Assembly (NCBI RefSeq): GCF_009834535.1
Contig: NC_045696.1
Location: 41,852,001-41,916,000, forward strand
Reading direction: 5' to 3'
Length of the DNA stretch: 64,000 nt
Source of the DNA: Camelus ferus
Taxonomy: Eukaryota
The notes under the pieces are model-generated. The model ran no database searches, was not told where the DNA came from, and worked only from the letters and a program-made list of their open reading frames with translations. Positions 51,716 to 64,000 of the stretch are shown piece after piece. Both the position numbers and the translations under genes were made by a program. How positions within the stretch are numbered: position 1 is the first letter of the stretch; the number at the start of each line of letters is the position of its first letter.

Positions 51716-53777
51716 CTAAAGGAATAATTACTATACACATGAGATATCAGGTTCTCATTTTATGTGAGAAAATAAGATCAGTTCAGTTCTTTTCTAAGTT
51801 CTCAGTACTTCACTATCATAGCCATTTTTAATATTCATGTAATTCAAAAATCAGAAGATTGCAGAGTCCAACTCCATCTCCATAACAAGTATGATTAAGA
51901 ATTTGTATAGCTTTCTAGAGTCTCCTTTAAGCAAATACTCTTATTCCTCCTTCTTACAGTAGGTGTCATATTACACATACTTTTCTGTGCCTTGCTTTTC
52001 CCACATAATAATTTATCTTAAGAGATCTTTTATTAAAATACAGAGAGCCAAGCAATCTTTTAAAACTCATGTTTGCTGTGTCTTTCAGTTTTGACTCAGG
52101 ATACATAAAATGTGATTCTCTTACACAGGTAAACAGGGGATAAACAAGTATACAGGGAAGCCTTAAACTGTAAGATATATTAGGAATCAAGTTGAAAACT
52201 GATCAGACTATACACATCAATATTACCATCATGGCTAATTCAGTCATTCTTAGCAAAGCTGATAATTAAAAATAGGCTGAAGCATATTAATATTACTACC
52301 AATTATGAAACCAAGTTTAATAAGCTTGAGATAAGTAGGAATATTTCTTACAAAAAAAAACCCCACATACTAATAAAATAATCTGTTTTTTGTCTTTTAC
52401 CTGGTACCTTTTTAATGTCTATGTTTGAAGTCATTAAAATTTCCAGTGAAAGAATTAACACTGTTTCAAATAAACCTCCCCCCGCAAAAAAGATACAGGT
52501 CAAATGTTTACTGAAAAATACTATAAAACACAAAAGAAAATAAGAAAATAAAAATCACTCAGAATCCTAGTGCCAAGAGATAATAGGCAGATAATTTTGT
52601 TATTTTGTTTTTACCCCTGGCCTTTTTACATACACATACACACACTCTGCAAAACATTTTAATCAAAATAAAACGGACACTTTTGTAAAATGAACACGTT
52701 CTAGAGATGTTACACAATAATGTGACTACAGTTAACACCACTGAACTGTATACTCAAAAATCATTAGGAGGGTAAATTTTATGTTTTATAACAAAATTTT
52801 AAAAAATTTTAAAGTGGACAATGGTTATAGATAGAAATACTATGATAGGGACTTCCACATCCAGCAGTATGGCAGACTAAGATATCCTGATTGACACATT
52901 TAAACAAAAAACCTAAACATAATTTAAAACATTATTTTAAATACATTCAGTGAGTACCCTAGCACTGAGTGGAAAAGGTGGAGAAATCTTCCCTGAGCTG
53001 TCATGACCACAAGCCAACTTAATTTGGTGGGGGTTTTTGTTGAATATATAGCATTTTAGTAGTCAGAAGAAAAACCTCAAGCTGAGAATCTTTTAAATTC
53101 GGAGGGCAGTAATGCCCTCAGTACCTAAAGAATCAAATATTTTCTCTGTTAAAAAAACACCTTCAACCCAGGACTCAAAGATTTCCCACAGTTTTCAAGA
53201 ATACGAATTCAGTGCATATAAATATTTTTTAAAAATCACAAAGAAACAACGCACCATGAACAGGAGATAGCAACATGAATCAAATAAGCAGACTTTAAGT
53301 ACTACTACGATCAGATACAGAAAACAAAGGTGGCATAATACCAGTAAAGAGCAAAAGATCATAAAAATTAGTCCCTAAAAGAGGCATCTGAAAAAGAAAT
53401 AAATAGAACCTCTAAAAATGGGAAATAAACTGGAATTTAAAAATGCAATAAATTAATTTAACAGCAAATTAGACACAGCCAAAGAGTAAACTATAATTTT
53501 CCAGAATTATCTACAAAGAAAAGAACAAAATATGAAAGAGAGATTAAGAGACACTGAATATAAAATAAGAATGTCTGTTTAACTGGACTGACTCAGGCAG
53601 ACATAATTTTCAAAGAGACACTGGTTGAGAATTTTTCTCAACTAATGAGAGAGAACAATCTCAACTGCTGGGTTTAGGAAGCCCAACAATTTCCATGCAG
53701 GACAGTTAAAAGTCAAAGGTACTCATACTGGACTAAGAACAAAATACAGAAATATGATGTTTAAAGAGACATCTTGT

Positions 53778-53853
53778 GGGGTTGGGTATAGCTCAGAGGC
53801 AGAACGCATGCTTAGTATGAATGAGGTCTTGGGTTCAATCCCCAGTGTCTCCA

Positions 53854-53897
<44 letters not shown>

Positions 53898-53980
53898 ACA
53901 AACAAACAAACAAACAAACAAATCTAATCTCCCCCCAAATAATAAATGAACCACAAATTTAAAAAAAAAAATCAAAAACA
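53778..53980 (+). mobile_element. tRNA-Ala-derived SINE with an expanded (TAAA)11(CAAA)6 microsatellite
   Basis: SINE body; TAAA at 53855-53898 and CAAA at 53899-53922. Confidence 0.9.
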
Positions 53981-55242
53981 TAAAGATACAAAAAGGTTTG
54001 AAAATAAAAGATGGAAGAAAGATATCCTAGGCAAACAGTAACAAAAATAGTTTACATAGCTAAAAAATATTTACAATAGCTGCTAAAATAGAAAAATAGA
54101 AATGTGTTTACAACAGCATCTAACATAGACTAAGAGTGAAAAGCATCACTAAAGATAAAGGTCACTATATAATGATAAAAGGATGTTTTATCATAAAGCT
54201 GTAATTCTAAACATACGCATCTACTAACATGGCTTCAAGATACATTTAAAAAATTGAAGAAATTCAGTAAGAAATAGACAAATGAATCACACTAGTTAAC
54301 ATTCTAAAGCCCTTGTCAGCAAGTGATAAATCAAGCACACAAAACAATCAGTAAATAAAAGAATTAACAATTAACAAGCTTGACATAACGTACAATATAC
54401 TTAATATTGCACCCAACTGAAAAAAAAACTCACATTCTACTCAAGCAAAATTAAACATCAAAACAGACTCTATGTAAGCTTAAAAGTAAGTGTAACAAAT
54501 CTACAGTATTAAAGAGAAATTTATAGCCTTGGATGCTTAAACTAGAAAAAAAGGGTTGGGAGTTAAGTGGGCTAAGTTTCATATTTAAAACAAAGATAAA
54601 CAGAGTACACACTCAAATAAAGAAAGAGGGAGATGAGATAATAAAGAGCCACTGAAATTAATAAAAGAAAACAATAAGTGTCCTTTGAAGGAGTGCCAGG
54701 AAAAATTAGTCAAAACCTGGGATTAGGCAAAAAGAATTTATCAGGGTTTAAAAAAATTTTTTTTTTACTGAGGCATAGTGGATGTACAATATTATGTCAA
54801 TTTCAGGTGTACAATAGTGTTCCATAATCTTTAAAGGTTATACTCCATTTATGGTTATTGAAAAATATTGGCTATATATATTCCACTGTGTTAAAAGCAG
54901 TGGTGAGCACACACCACTGCTTGACTGCTATTGACTAAATATTTTACAACACTGTAGAAATTAACTTACAGAAATAGCAAATGCAAATGAATTGTGAAAG
55001 GTTGAGAAGCTATTTCTATCAGGGAAGGAAAGAAAACCCCCAAACTTAGTTTATTTTCCTATAAGGTATTAACCAGTTTTTCATCTATTAGGATATTCAT
55101 TTCAAGCAAATTCATGCCTCTGGCTGAATAACAATATGTAAAATTCATTTCTTCAAAATTGTGTTAGAAGCAGTTTTAATACCTTATTGGTTTATTCAAT
55201 TAATTATCTAAAACCCTGGACTATAGCACTTACATAAAAGTC

Positions 55243-55360
55243 GGGGGGGGGTTTGCAGTTAGGTTTATTCATTTATTTATCTTTGGAGGAGGTACTGGGG
55301 ATTGAACCCCAGACCTCCTGCATGCTAAGCATGCACTCTACCACTTGAGCTATACCCTCC
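55243..55360 (-). mobile_element. tRNA-Ala-derived SINE
   Basis: Full antisense body; AAAAGTC on both flanks. Confidence 0.9.
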
Positions 55361-55405
55361 ACACAAAAGTCAGGTTTTTAACATTTAAAAAATTACGCTT
55401 TTGGC

Positions 55406-55631
55406 ATAGGAATAAGCAAAGTTTTTCTGTAAAGCACCAAATAAGCAAATATTTTAGGTTTCATGGGTCACTGGCTTGTGTTGCAACTATTCAATTCTGC
55501 CCTTGTAAGCTCAAAAGCAGTTATAGACAAGATATAAATGAATGGGTGTGGCTGCATCCCAATAAAATTTTATTTACAAAAGTAGGCAGTGGGCCAGATT
55601 TGGCCTGCAAGTTATAATTTGCCAGCTTTTG
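55406..55631. mobile_element. MER58A-like hAT MITE
   Basis: gcaaa.tttttctgtaaag...aaatattttagg...gaatgggtgtggctg...caataaaattttatttacaaaa..aggcagtgggccagatttggcc. Confidence 0.8.
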
Positions 55632-56411
55632 CTTTAGCAGGATTTTTTAAAAAGTCAGTAAACCTCTGGTAAGAAAAATTTAGAAATAAGAGAAGGCACA
55701 AGGAATGAAAGAGACATCTGTAGTCACTGGAGGCATTTAGAAGAGAGTATTAAAAATGAACAAATTCTGGCAAAAATTTAACTTTCTATAAATTTCTGAA
55801 GATGAAATAGAAAACCTACAGAATAATTCCCTAACCACTAAATTCGTCAGATTAGTAGTTAAAAATCTTCCCTCAAAATCCACTATAGGCCTAGTCAATT
55901 TTAGCCATCACTCTACAAAACATTTAAGAAACAATTATTCTCATCTCATAGTAACCATTTCAATGCATGTAAAAAATTAGAACACACATTTTATAAGACT
56001 AAGCCAACTCTAATATCAAAACATGACAGAAACAATGTGAAAAAGTTAAATTACTTATGAATACAGATGCAAACGTTCTAAACAATATTAGCAAACCAAA
56101 CATAGTGGTTTTTATAAAAGATGATATAGTATGACTAAACTGGATTTATTTCAGGAATAAAAAAATGAGTTAACATTAGGAAATGAATGTAATTCCTCAT
56201 ATTAACAGGATGAAAAAAATAAAGACTGTCTCAATAGACACAGAAAAAGTTATATGCTAAGTCCATACTCATTTCAGAGCGATTTTCCTTAGGTAAAGGG
56301 TTATCTATTTAAAATGTTTACCAAATAATATACTTCCTGGTAAAAAAACACCCTTTCTTTAGAATGGGAATAAATGAGCACTCTATCACCACTTCTATTC
56401 AACTGCCGTTT

Positions 56412-56443
<32 letters not shown>

Positions 56444-57220
56444 AGGCCCTAGATGGCACTGTAAAGGGAGAAAAAAGAAAAGTTCAAACTATGAGGACTG
56501 GAAAGGCAGAAACAAAACCATTACTTTAAGCAGATAACATATTTGTTATATGTGGAAAATGTTAAAGTATCTATAGATAAATATCTGAAAGACTAAGGTA
56601 ATTTAGTGGTATAACTGCATATAGAATCAGTATACATCAAAAATAAATCAGAAACTATGCAATTTTAAGAAAAAACTATAATTGCATCAAAAGTATAAAG
56701 TATTTTATAATCTAACAAAATATGTGTGAGACTTTTATGGACAAACCTCTAAACTTTATTAAGTTGATATAATCCCTATCAAAATACATTCTTGTCTTTT
56801 TGTGGAAGTTGACAAGTGGCTTTTATAGCTTATAAGGAAGAACAAAGAGTTCTGAATAACTAAGACACACCAGAATAATAAAGGTGGGACTTTCCTATTA
56901 TTATAAAGCTAAGGTAATTAAGACCAAGCAATAATAATAACATGGGCAGAGACAACCAACAAACTAGAACAAAGCCTAGAATCAGCACCAAACATGTGAA
57001 AATGTGTTTTGTAAGATAATTTGCATGGTCAATGGGTAGGAAGAGGATTGGGTTTTCATTAAATGGTTCTGAGATAAATAATGATCAAAATCAAACACCC
57101 ACCCTACACCACCAACAAAAAAACCAAGTAGATTAAAACTTATTATGAAAGAAAAAGTATCAAAATCCAAAAAAACCCAATATATGAAAATATTTTTGAC
57201 TGAGTAGTTAAGAATTTTTT

Positions 57221-57340
57221 GGTGGGTTAGGGGGAGGTAATTAGGTTTATTTATGTATTTATTCTAATGGAGGTGCTGGAGATTGAACCCAGGACCTTGT
57301 GCATATTAAGCACACAGTCTATCCCTAAGCTATACCCTCT
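57221..57340 (-). mobile_element. tRNA-Ala-derived SINE
   Basis: Antisense body; AAGAATTTTTT on both flanks. Confidence 0.87.
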
Positions 57341-58793
57341 GGGGGGAAGAATTTTTTTTTCTTTAAAGCATAAACAACATAAAGGAAGACACTGATGAAC
57401 TGAACTACATTAAATTAGACAATTTAAAAAATGTACATTTTATCACTGTTTTAATACTTTATACATATTTTATAAATAGCCTTTACCTATTCAATATTTA
57501 AAAATCAAACAAAACTTTTAATAATGTCTACTTCACCTGCTATTGGTTTATGTCATATTTGCTGAACAATATATTACAATAAATAATAAATGAGGTATCT
57601 TGTTGGAATATTAAGATGTTGTGTTACAGTTATTTTGGGGCAGACATTTCATTTGCTATAAGCTGCTGAGAAACCAGAAAAGACTAACACTCATACCCTT
57701 TCCTATTTCTGCTTCAGATTCAAGAAAGATAAGGACAGAATTCCAAAGCTCACATATCCAGAGACTACACTTGTGATGAGTTTTATTCAAATGGCCCAGT
57801 ATAAGATATATTTTCTCCTCTGAGTCACTGAACTCAGAAAGAAAGCAAATGTCATGAATCTAGAATGTAATGCAACTCTATACTCCACAGAAGTATTTGT
57901 TCACCACTGCATACCCAGAGCCCAGGCCAGTTCCTTGCACACAGCGGATGTTTAATAAACATTTTTTAGTAATTAAACATCTAGTTACTGTTAAGGAGAA
58001 ATATATAAATTTGTCTTTCCAGAAGAGGTGAGTTTTAACAGTATAAGATAGAAAAAGATCAGTGGTTAACTAGGTTAAGTATTTATATACTTGGATAAAG
58101 TCACTTTTTTTTGTTGTTTCAGAAAGGGAAAATGACATTTCACACAGTGGTGTCAGTAACTCAAGAGTTACAGCAAAAGTTAATTTTATGAGGAAATGTA
58201 TAAATAAGGTTACCTATTTTTATTCTTCCTAAATTTTCATTTGTTGAGTCCTAAGCCAAAATATAAGTTCTAGTGAGGCCAAAAGAAAGTCAAATTATTC
58301 ATTTACAACAACAACAATAATAAAACCAAAGAAACAGAAAAACCATACTTTGGAATTCTGATTATTCTATATTGACAATTTGATTATTGAATCTAATGAA
58401 TTATAATGATTAATTTTAAATAACAAAAAATAACAGACCCACAGGATTCCTCTATAATTACACATTCCACAACATAAGATACAGGCAGTCAATTTTAAAA
58501 TAATATATTTAGTGTAGTAACACTGGTACACAGTTAGATTTCTCTCAAACTGTTTTTAACAGTGTAAATGCCAGAAATACTACTTCTGCTACAATTATCT
58601 CACCCAACAGGTAGTGATAGGGAATGACAGTCTTTTCATAACTCTACCCTGGAAACCTTACTAAAAGGAAGGACCTTTCAGTTCAGCTTAGGCTTCTCCC
58701 ACTTGAGCATAAATCCTGAGTTTGTAAGACACAGACACCCCTCTTCCAGTAGGCACTTATTAACAAAAAGCAAGAGTATCAGAAAATTCTTAC

Positions 58794-59025
58794 CAGAAAG
58801 ATCCACCACTGCCTCATGACTGGAAACAGCTCCTTTCTCAATAAAAAGATCTCGAAAATATTCGCTATTAGCTGACAGAACAGATTTATGAGCTTTGTAC
58901 TCTTCTCCTTCAATTAACAAAGTAACATCACAGAATTGGTTAGAGAGTCTCTGTTCATTCAGCTGTTTTAAGACAGCCTGACAATGTTTTGGAGAAGAAC
59001 GTTTCACCACTCCTTTGGTGTCAAC
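58794..59025 (-). CDS. ZBTB11: ZBTB11 exon 3 (N-terminal half of BTB/POZ domain)
   Basis: gatag|GTT GAC ... G|GTAAGA, 232 nt; LNEQRLSNQFCDVTLLIEGEEYKAHKSVLSANSEYF. Confidence 0.95.
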
Positions 59026-59668
59026 CTATCAAAATAAGTTTGAGACCAAGAGTTGCATTATATATCATCTGTATTTTTATCTTTAACAGAATTTAAAACA
59101 AGACACCTTATTCCCTTCTAAAAGATTCCATTAATATGAAGAGCTAGACTGATACACTTTACTACAGATGTATTTAAATAAAAAAGATACATTGTTCTCA
59201 CTATTTTCTGCTGTGTTCATTCTGCCCGATCCAATGAAAACCTGCATCTCACGTCTTCCTGCCTTCTCTTATTAGTCAGAAATTTATTTGATGATATATG
59301 AAACTAATGCAGGCAAAAAACAAAGACCTAGCCAGCTTAATTTTACCTTGCTGCATGACCCAGAGACTGCTTCCAGAAATATATTCTACCTGTACCAATA
59401 TACCATTAAAAAGAAGAGAGGAGGAGTTATTAACAACAAACTAATAAGTTACATTCTAAAGAAAAGAAACAACAGGGATATTTACTGATTAAGGAAGAGG
59501 CAATAGTAGGAAACTTTGGGCACATATAACAGTGCACAGACCTGCTTAAATTTTCAACGTCAGTGCCAATAGTTAAGCAGTTTAAGTGGTTTAAGAAAAA
59601 ATTTAGAAGACTATAAATACTAACACACTAGTTACAAATGTTAAAGTTGAAAGGAAAGTTCGACTTAC

Positions 59669-59904
59669 AAATACAAGTTCATGTTTGGATACTGGCTTCT
59701 TTTTTGCAGGCTTGGAAGTTGTAGCTGGAGGCGAAGTAAAGTTGCTCAGGTCATCCTCTGATTCATTACTTTCTTCTCCAGATTCAAGGTCTAGTCCCAA
59801 TTCTTCCAACATTTCTGAAGTATCTGATATTGGACGGGAGCGATCCAGTTTCTCCTGGCATTTGCTACACTGTTTAATGTAATCTTTGACTTGCTTTAAT
59901 ATAC
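59669..59904 (-). CDS. ZBTB11: ZBTB11 exon 2 (GILKQVKDYIKQCSKCQEKL...KHELVF)
   Basis: ttgtag|GT ATA ... TTT|GTAAGT, 236 nt; exon 1 lies beyond the window end. Confidence 0.93.
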
Positions 59905-60081
59905 CTACAATAAAATAAAAATTAACAAGTCAAATTTAATACTGCTCTTATTTGAAAACTGAAGATCACATTTATTTATTTAATCTGTGTACACTAATGT
60001 ATATTTCAGCGCATGTGAACAGACACGCATGCCTATAAAGTACATAGAATGAGTTCTTTAGAATTTAAGATACATCTTTTT

Positions 60082-60351
60082 CGTTCTTTTTTATTGAAGT
60101 ATAGTCAGTTACAATGTGTCAGGTTTCTGGTATACAACACAATGTCCCAGTCACGCATATACATACATATATTCTTTTTCAGTAAAGGTTATTATAAGAT
60201 ATTGAATACAGTTCTCTGTGCCTATAAAGAAGGAATTTGTTTTTTAAACCTATTTTCATACATAATGGCTAACATATGCAAATCTCAAACTCCCAAATTT
60301 ATCCCTTCCTACCCACTTCACCCTCGTAACCATAAGATTGTTTACTATGTC
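60082..60351 (-). mobile_element. 5'-truncated young L1 3' end
   Basis: Same family as 7752-8030; TSD TAAGATACA(T/C)CTTTTTC on both flanks. Confidence 0.8.
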
Positions 60352-60559
60352 TAAGATACACCTTTTTCAATGTTATAAATGACAATTTGTTTCCATGCTG
60401 AGGTAGACTGTTTTGTTGTTTACTCTTGTGATTATTCATTCACCCACCATAGAAGATAATTATGTAGCAATGCCTATATCCACATCAGTTTCAACTCAGT
60501 CATGCAATAGGAATTATATGAAATTACTGATACTCAACTGGTTTTGACCTTCATAAACA

Positions 60560-60915
60560 AAACAGTAATATAATAATGAGGTTCAAGCTAATACCTCTCC
60601 ACCCTAAAGACAATCAGGCTTGACCATGCAGTTTGCTTTAGTCAATGGACTATGAATGCATATGTCTCATTAGAAGTTTTAAAAAGCAGTTTCCCATCAG
60701 TTCTCTGATTTATGTCCCCTCTCTCAAAGAGCATGTCCAGATGGATGCCATCCTTTAGGCTGAATTGTAGATGAAAAAAACGTGGAGCCAATCTGCAACC
60801 TTAACAGGACCACAACCAAACTTGTAATGAGTATAAAATAAATCTTGTTTTTGAAAGCTTTGAGATTTTAGGGTTATATGAAATAACAGCATACACAATC
60901 TAACAAAAGTTGATT
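60560..60915. mobile_element. MaLR (MLT1-like) LTR relic
   Basis: ggcttgaccatg...tgctttagtcaatgga...aaataaatcttgtt...tgagatttaggg...acagcata. Confidence 0.55.
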
Positions 60916-61767
60916 ACACACAAACTACTCAAAAAACCCTACTTTGAATTTCAACTTCCAGCCCAGCATGCTGGGGTGGGGATAGGGAGCAGGGAGGAAC
61001 ACTTTTTACTTACACACACACACTCCCATCCTCTCCAACATCCTTGTAAGAGAGGGCAATTCCCATTCTATAGATAAGGAGGTTCATCCCTAAGAGGTAA
61101 GTAACTTGTCAAAAGTCGTATCTAGTTAACTGCATAGCTGGGCTTCCAGAAGCCATGTGATTTTCAGTATATTATGCTACCTACCCAGGAACACATTTGT
61201 CCAGCCCTGTGGCAGAAACTTCTCCCCACAACAATCCCCAAGTAAAATGCAAATGGAAAGGCTCTTTAATTTGCTAAAATGATACAGAGGTATGCAAATT
61301 CCTGAAGAGTTTCAGAATGACAAATTATACCAAGTTCCTTGCACTTTCAACCTTCAGACAGTACATGAGCAGTATTTCTTAAACTGTATTATATCCCCAT
61401 ACTTACTAAAAATTTATACACTGGACTAATAAATTCAGAGAGTTATATTCTCACACACAATGGATATTATCATATTAGAAACTTAAGATCTACAGTAAAG
61501 AAATCCAATTAACCCAGAAATTTGCCAGATTTATCTGTTCATTGCTTTCTCCCCCAGAACATAAGAAATAATGGGTTAGGGTTAAATACAATTTTCACAA
61601 AAAGGGCATTTGTATGTGCACAGACTTGGAAGCAACAGAGATTATATTCTACTGCCTGAAAACATAAGTAAGAAGTCTACACCTGTATGAGATATGATGA
61701 GCAGGTTTTAACAAACCGATACAAAAAGCTGGATGGACATATATTTTAGGCACAATTAAGAGTAAAT

Positions 61768-61900
61768 GGAGGGGGGAGGGTATAGCTCAGTGGTAGAGCA
61801 CTGTGCCTAGCATGCACAAGGTCCTGGATTCAATCCCCAGCACCTCCACTAAGAAATAAACTAATTATCTCCCCCCACAAAAAAAAAAAGCAAACAAAAA
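61768..61900 (+). mobile_element. tRNA-Ala-derived SINE
   Basis: Full body; TSD AAGAGTAAAT at 61758-61767 and 61900-61909. Confidence 0.9.
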
Positions 61901-61959
61901 AGAGTAAATAGAAAAGATGTTCATTCTCTTTGGGAAAAAAAAAAAAAGAGTAAATGGGT

Positions 61960-62104
61960 TGGAAAGATGAAACATTTTTGAAGATGAGTAGTTGTGATGG
62001 TAGCACAACAATGTGAATCACGTGCACTTAATGTCACTGAACAGTACACTTACAAATGCTTAAAATGGTAAATTTATGTTATGTATATTTTACAATTAAA
62101 AAAA
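61960..62104 (+). mobile_element. Short L1 3'-end insertion (L1MA/L1MB-like tail)
   Basis: gtgatggtagcacaacaatgtgaa...cactgaac.gtacactta.aaatg.ttaaaatggtaaattt + A tail; flanked by AAGAGTAAATGGGT repeats. Confidence 0.75.
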
Positions 62105-63170
62105 AAGAGTAAATGGGTGAGCGGGAGAAGAAATATGTAAAAGAATATATATATATTTCTAAGAAACATACTTAGAGAATAAAGAGCTGTTATAGAAATT
62201 TCCACATCCAAAATAAAGATGGCAAGAGCCAGTTTTTTCTAATTAACCTTGGTTGTTATTTCTAAAGATTTTATGATGCTACACAGTTCAGTATATGTTG
62301 CATACAGCAGAGGTTTAAACCACTAACTGGTTGAGTTCAGATAGTATTGGAGAAACTACACAGAAAGCCTTTGAATAAGGATGAATTATAATAAGCAAAG
62401 TTGCCCCCAAATTTTATTAATGTATGATAATCAATCAACTGCCTCAAAAATCATCCTATCATGTTTTGAAGTCCTTTGAGTGTTAGTGTTTGATGGTTGA
62501 TCTCAAATCTAGCTTTAGAAATTCAGAAACCAGATCTCTTTAGCTTTCCCAGAGCTGATTAAGCTGAAAGAATCTGATTCAAATTAACCACTGAAAAGAC
62601 ACCAATTTGTAAACATAGTTTACTATTTTAAGAGTGGATAATTACTGCAAATAGTAGAAATTACTTTATGACTTTATTATTTGAATCCACTAACTAGCTC
62701 TGTGACCATGTCCAAGTCACCTAACTTCTGTGCCTATGTGTCATCACCTGTAAAATGGGGAAAATAGCACCCACCTCACAAGGCTGTTATAATGATAAAA
62801 TGTTAATATTCATAAAACACTTTGAACAGTGTCTGATACAGGGTAACTACTACTACGTAAGTGTTAAATAATGCTCACTGAGTATTTTCCTGATGTCTAT
62901 TGCTATATAGGAAAATCATTTGATACTTATATTCTAATCTTTTGTTGAAATGATTTCCTAAATTTATCTAGTAAATTGTGTAGTTTAAAAACAAAACAAA
63001 ACAAAACAAAAATGCTCACAGGTCAACCTTTCTGGTACGACATAAATGTCCACATAAAAGACCAAGTTAGCATTACCAGGTTCTTTACTGAGCACTGACC
63101 AAGTACAAAAAAACCCTTAGCAGGCAGTGCTTTGATAAAACAACTAGAGGATCAGTTTCTCACTCTACAG

Positions 63171-63235
63171 CAGGGTTTCTCACCCTCAGCAGTGTTGACA
63201 TTTGGGGCCAGATAATTCTTGGAGGGGGGCAGGGA
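63171..63235. mobile_element. MER20 terminal fragment
   Basis: cagggtttctcaccctcagcagtgttgacatttggggccagataattctt. Confidence 0.6.
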
Positions 63236-64000
63236 GGGTTTTCTAGAGATTATGCCTTCCTCTTCTGGATTAGGTAACAGCAGCATCAATTTATCCACAT
63301 AGTCGAGACAAACACAAATCAGTTCGGAGGGTAGGCACCTCTGCAGATAGCTGGGTTAACCTTCTTTGCCCTACTGACTTAACCTTCACATTTTGGAAAC
63401 ATTTAACTGTGGATTCCTAGGCATCAGCATTTGACTGAGGAATGGGAGAGCTGTTTCTTTTGGAACTCCAGCACACAATTACAAGATGGGGTAAAGTAAG
63501 GTGGTGGAGGGAAGAGGATCTATTAAGATTTTACATTCTGAAATAAATTTGCTCTGTGTCAATTCTAGGCACTGGGCCAGAGTTTTTCACTATTCTACAA
63601 ACTTGCCTGAGCACTAGGATATAAAGGCAGTGCTTATGATGGCAGCATTCCAGAAAAAGCAGCATAAATAATGAATCTGAGTAAACTCTCCCTGGTACTT
63701 CTAGTGGACTGACTTTGGAATAGTTCTTTTCTTGGCATCTACACTGACCAAATCTTATTAGCTCCCAGTCTACGATGGCTTTGGAGTATGAATATCCATA
63801 GTCTATATGTAATTGTATGACACATTAAAAACTAATAGTTAAAAATGTTTGCTTTATCAAGTATTAGTTCTTGGTCTAAGAATGTTGACTCTTGTATGTC
63901 TGTTAATTTTAATAGGCCTCAAATAAAGAAACAAGCAAAGTATTAATGCAATAAACATCAAAATGAATAGCTAATAATCAAAGGCAACTGTCTCTGATGC

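Larger units (their letters stand above)
52830..57200 (+). mobile_element. Long degenerate L1 (ORF1/ORF2 relics) interrupted by SINEs and a MITE
   Basis: A-rich L1 motifs: cactatataatgataaaagga, gagaaatttatagc, atgaatacagatgcaaa, tctcaatagacacagaaaaag, ccacttctattcaac. Confidence 0.7.

Noticed and set aside
1..64000. CRISPR arrays, operons or prokaryotic defence systems
   Set aside because: Sequence is clearly mammalian with spliceosomal introns; no repeat-spacer periodicity.

Overview
Mammalian genomic DNA, most likely a camelid: it carries 15 copies of a tRNA-Ala(AGC)-derived SINE matching the camelid Vic-1 type. The window covers the conserved TRMT10C - PCNP - ZBTB11 block. TRMT10C (+) has a single coding exon (419 aa). 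PCNP (+) has 5 exons that splice cleanly into 178 aa. ZBTB11 (-) has exons 2-11 here, with exon 1 beyond the right edge. The remainder is introns and intergenic DNA rich in SINEs, L1, L2/MIR, MaLR LTRs and DNA transposon relics. I see no convincing previously undescribed biological system. The best leads are: (i) a 1-bp frameshift near the ZBTB11 C-terminus, either real or an assembly error; (ii) an unusual donor/double-acceptor arrangement at PCNP exon 2 that suggests a poison or NMD splicing switch; (iii) inverted SINEs flanking ZBTB11 exons 2-3; and (iv) a nested retro-insertion hotspot in ZBTB11 intron 1. Ortholog comparisons are from memory and repeat boundaries are approximate.
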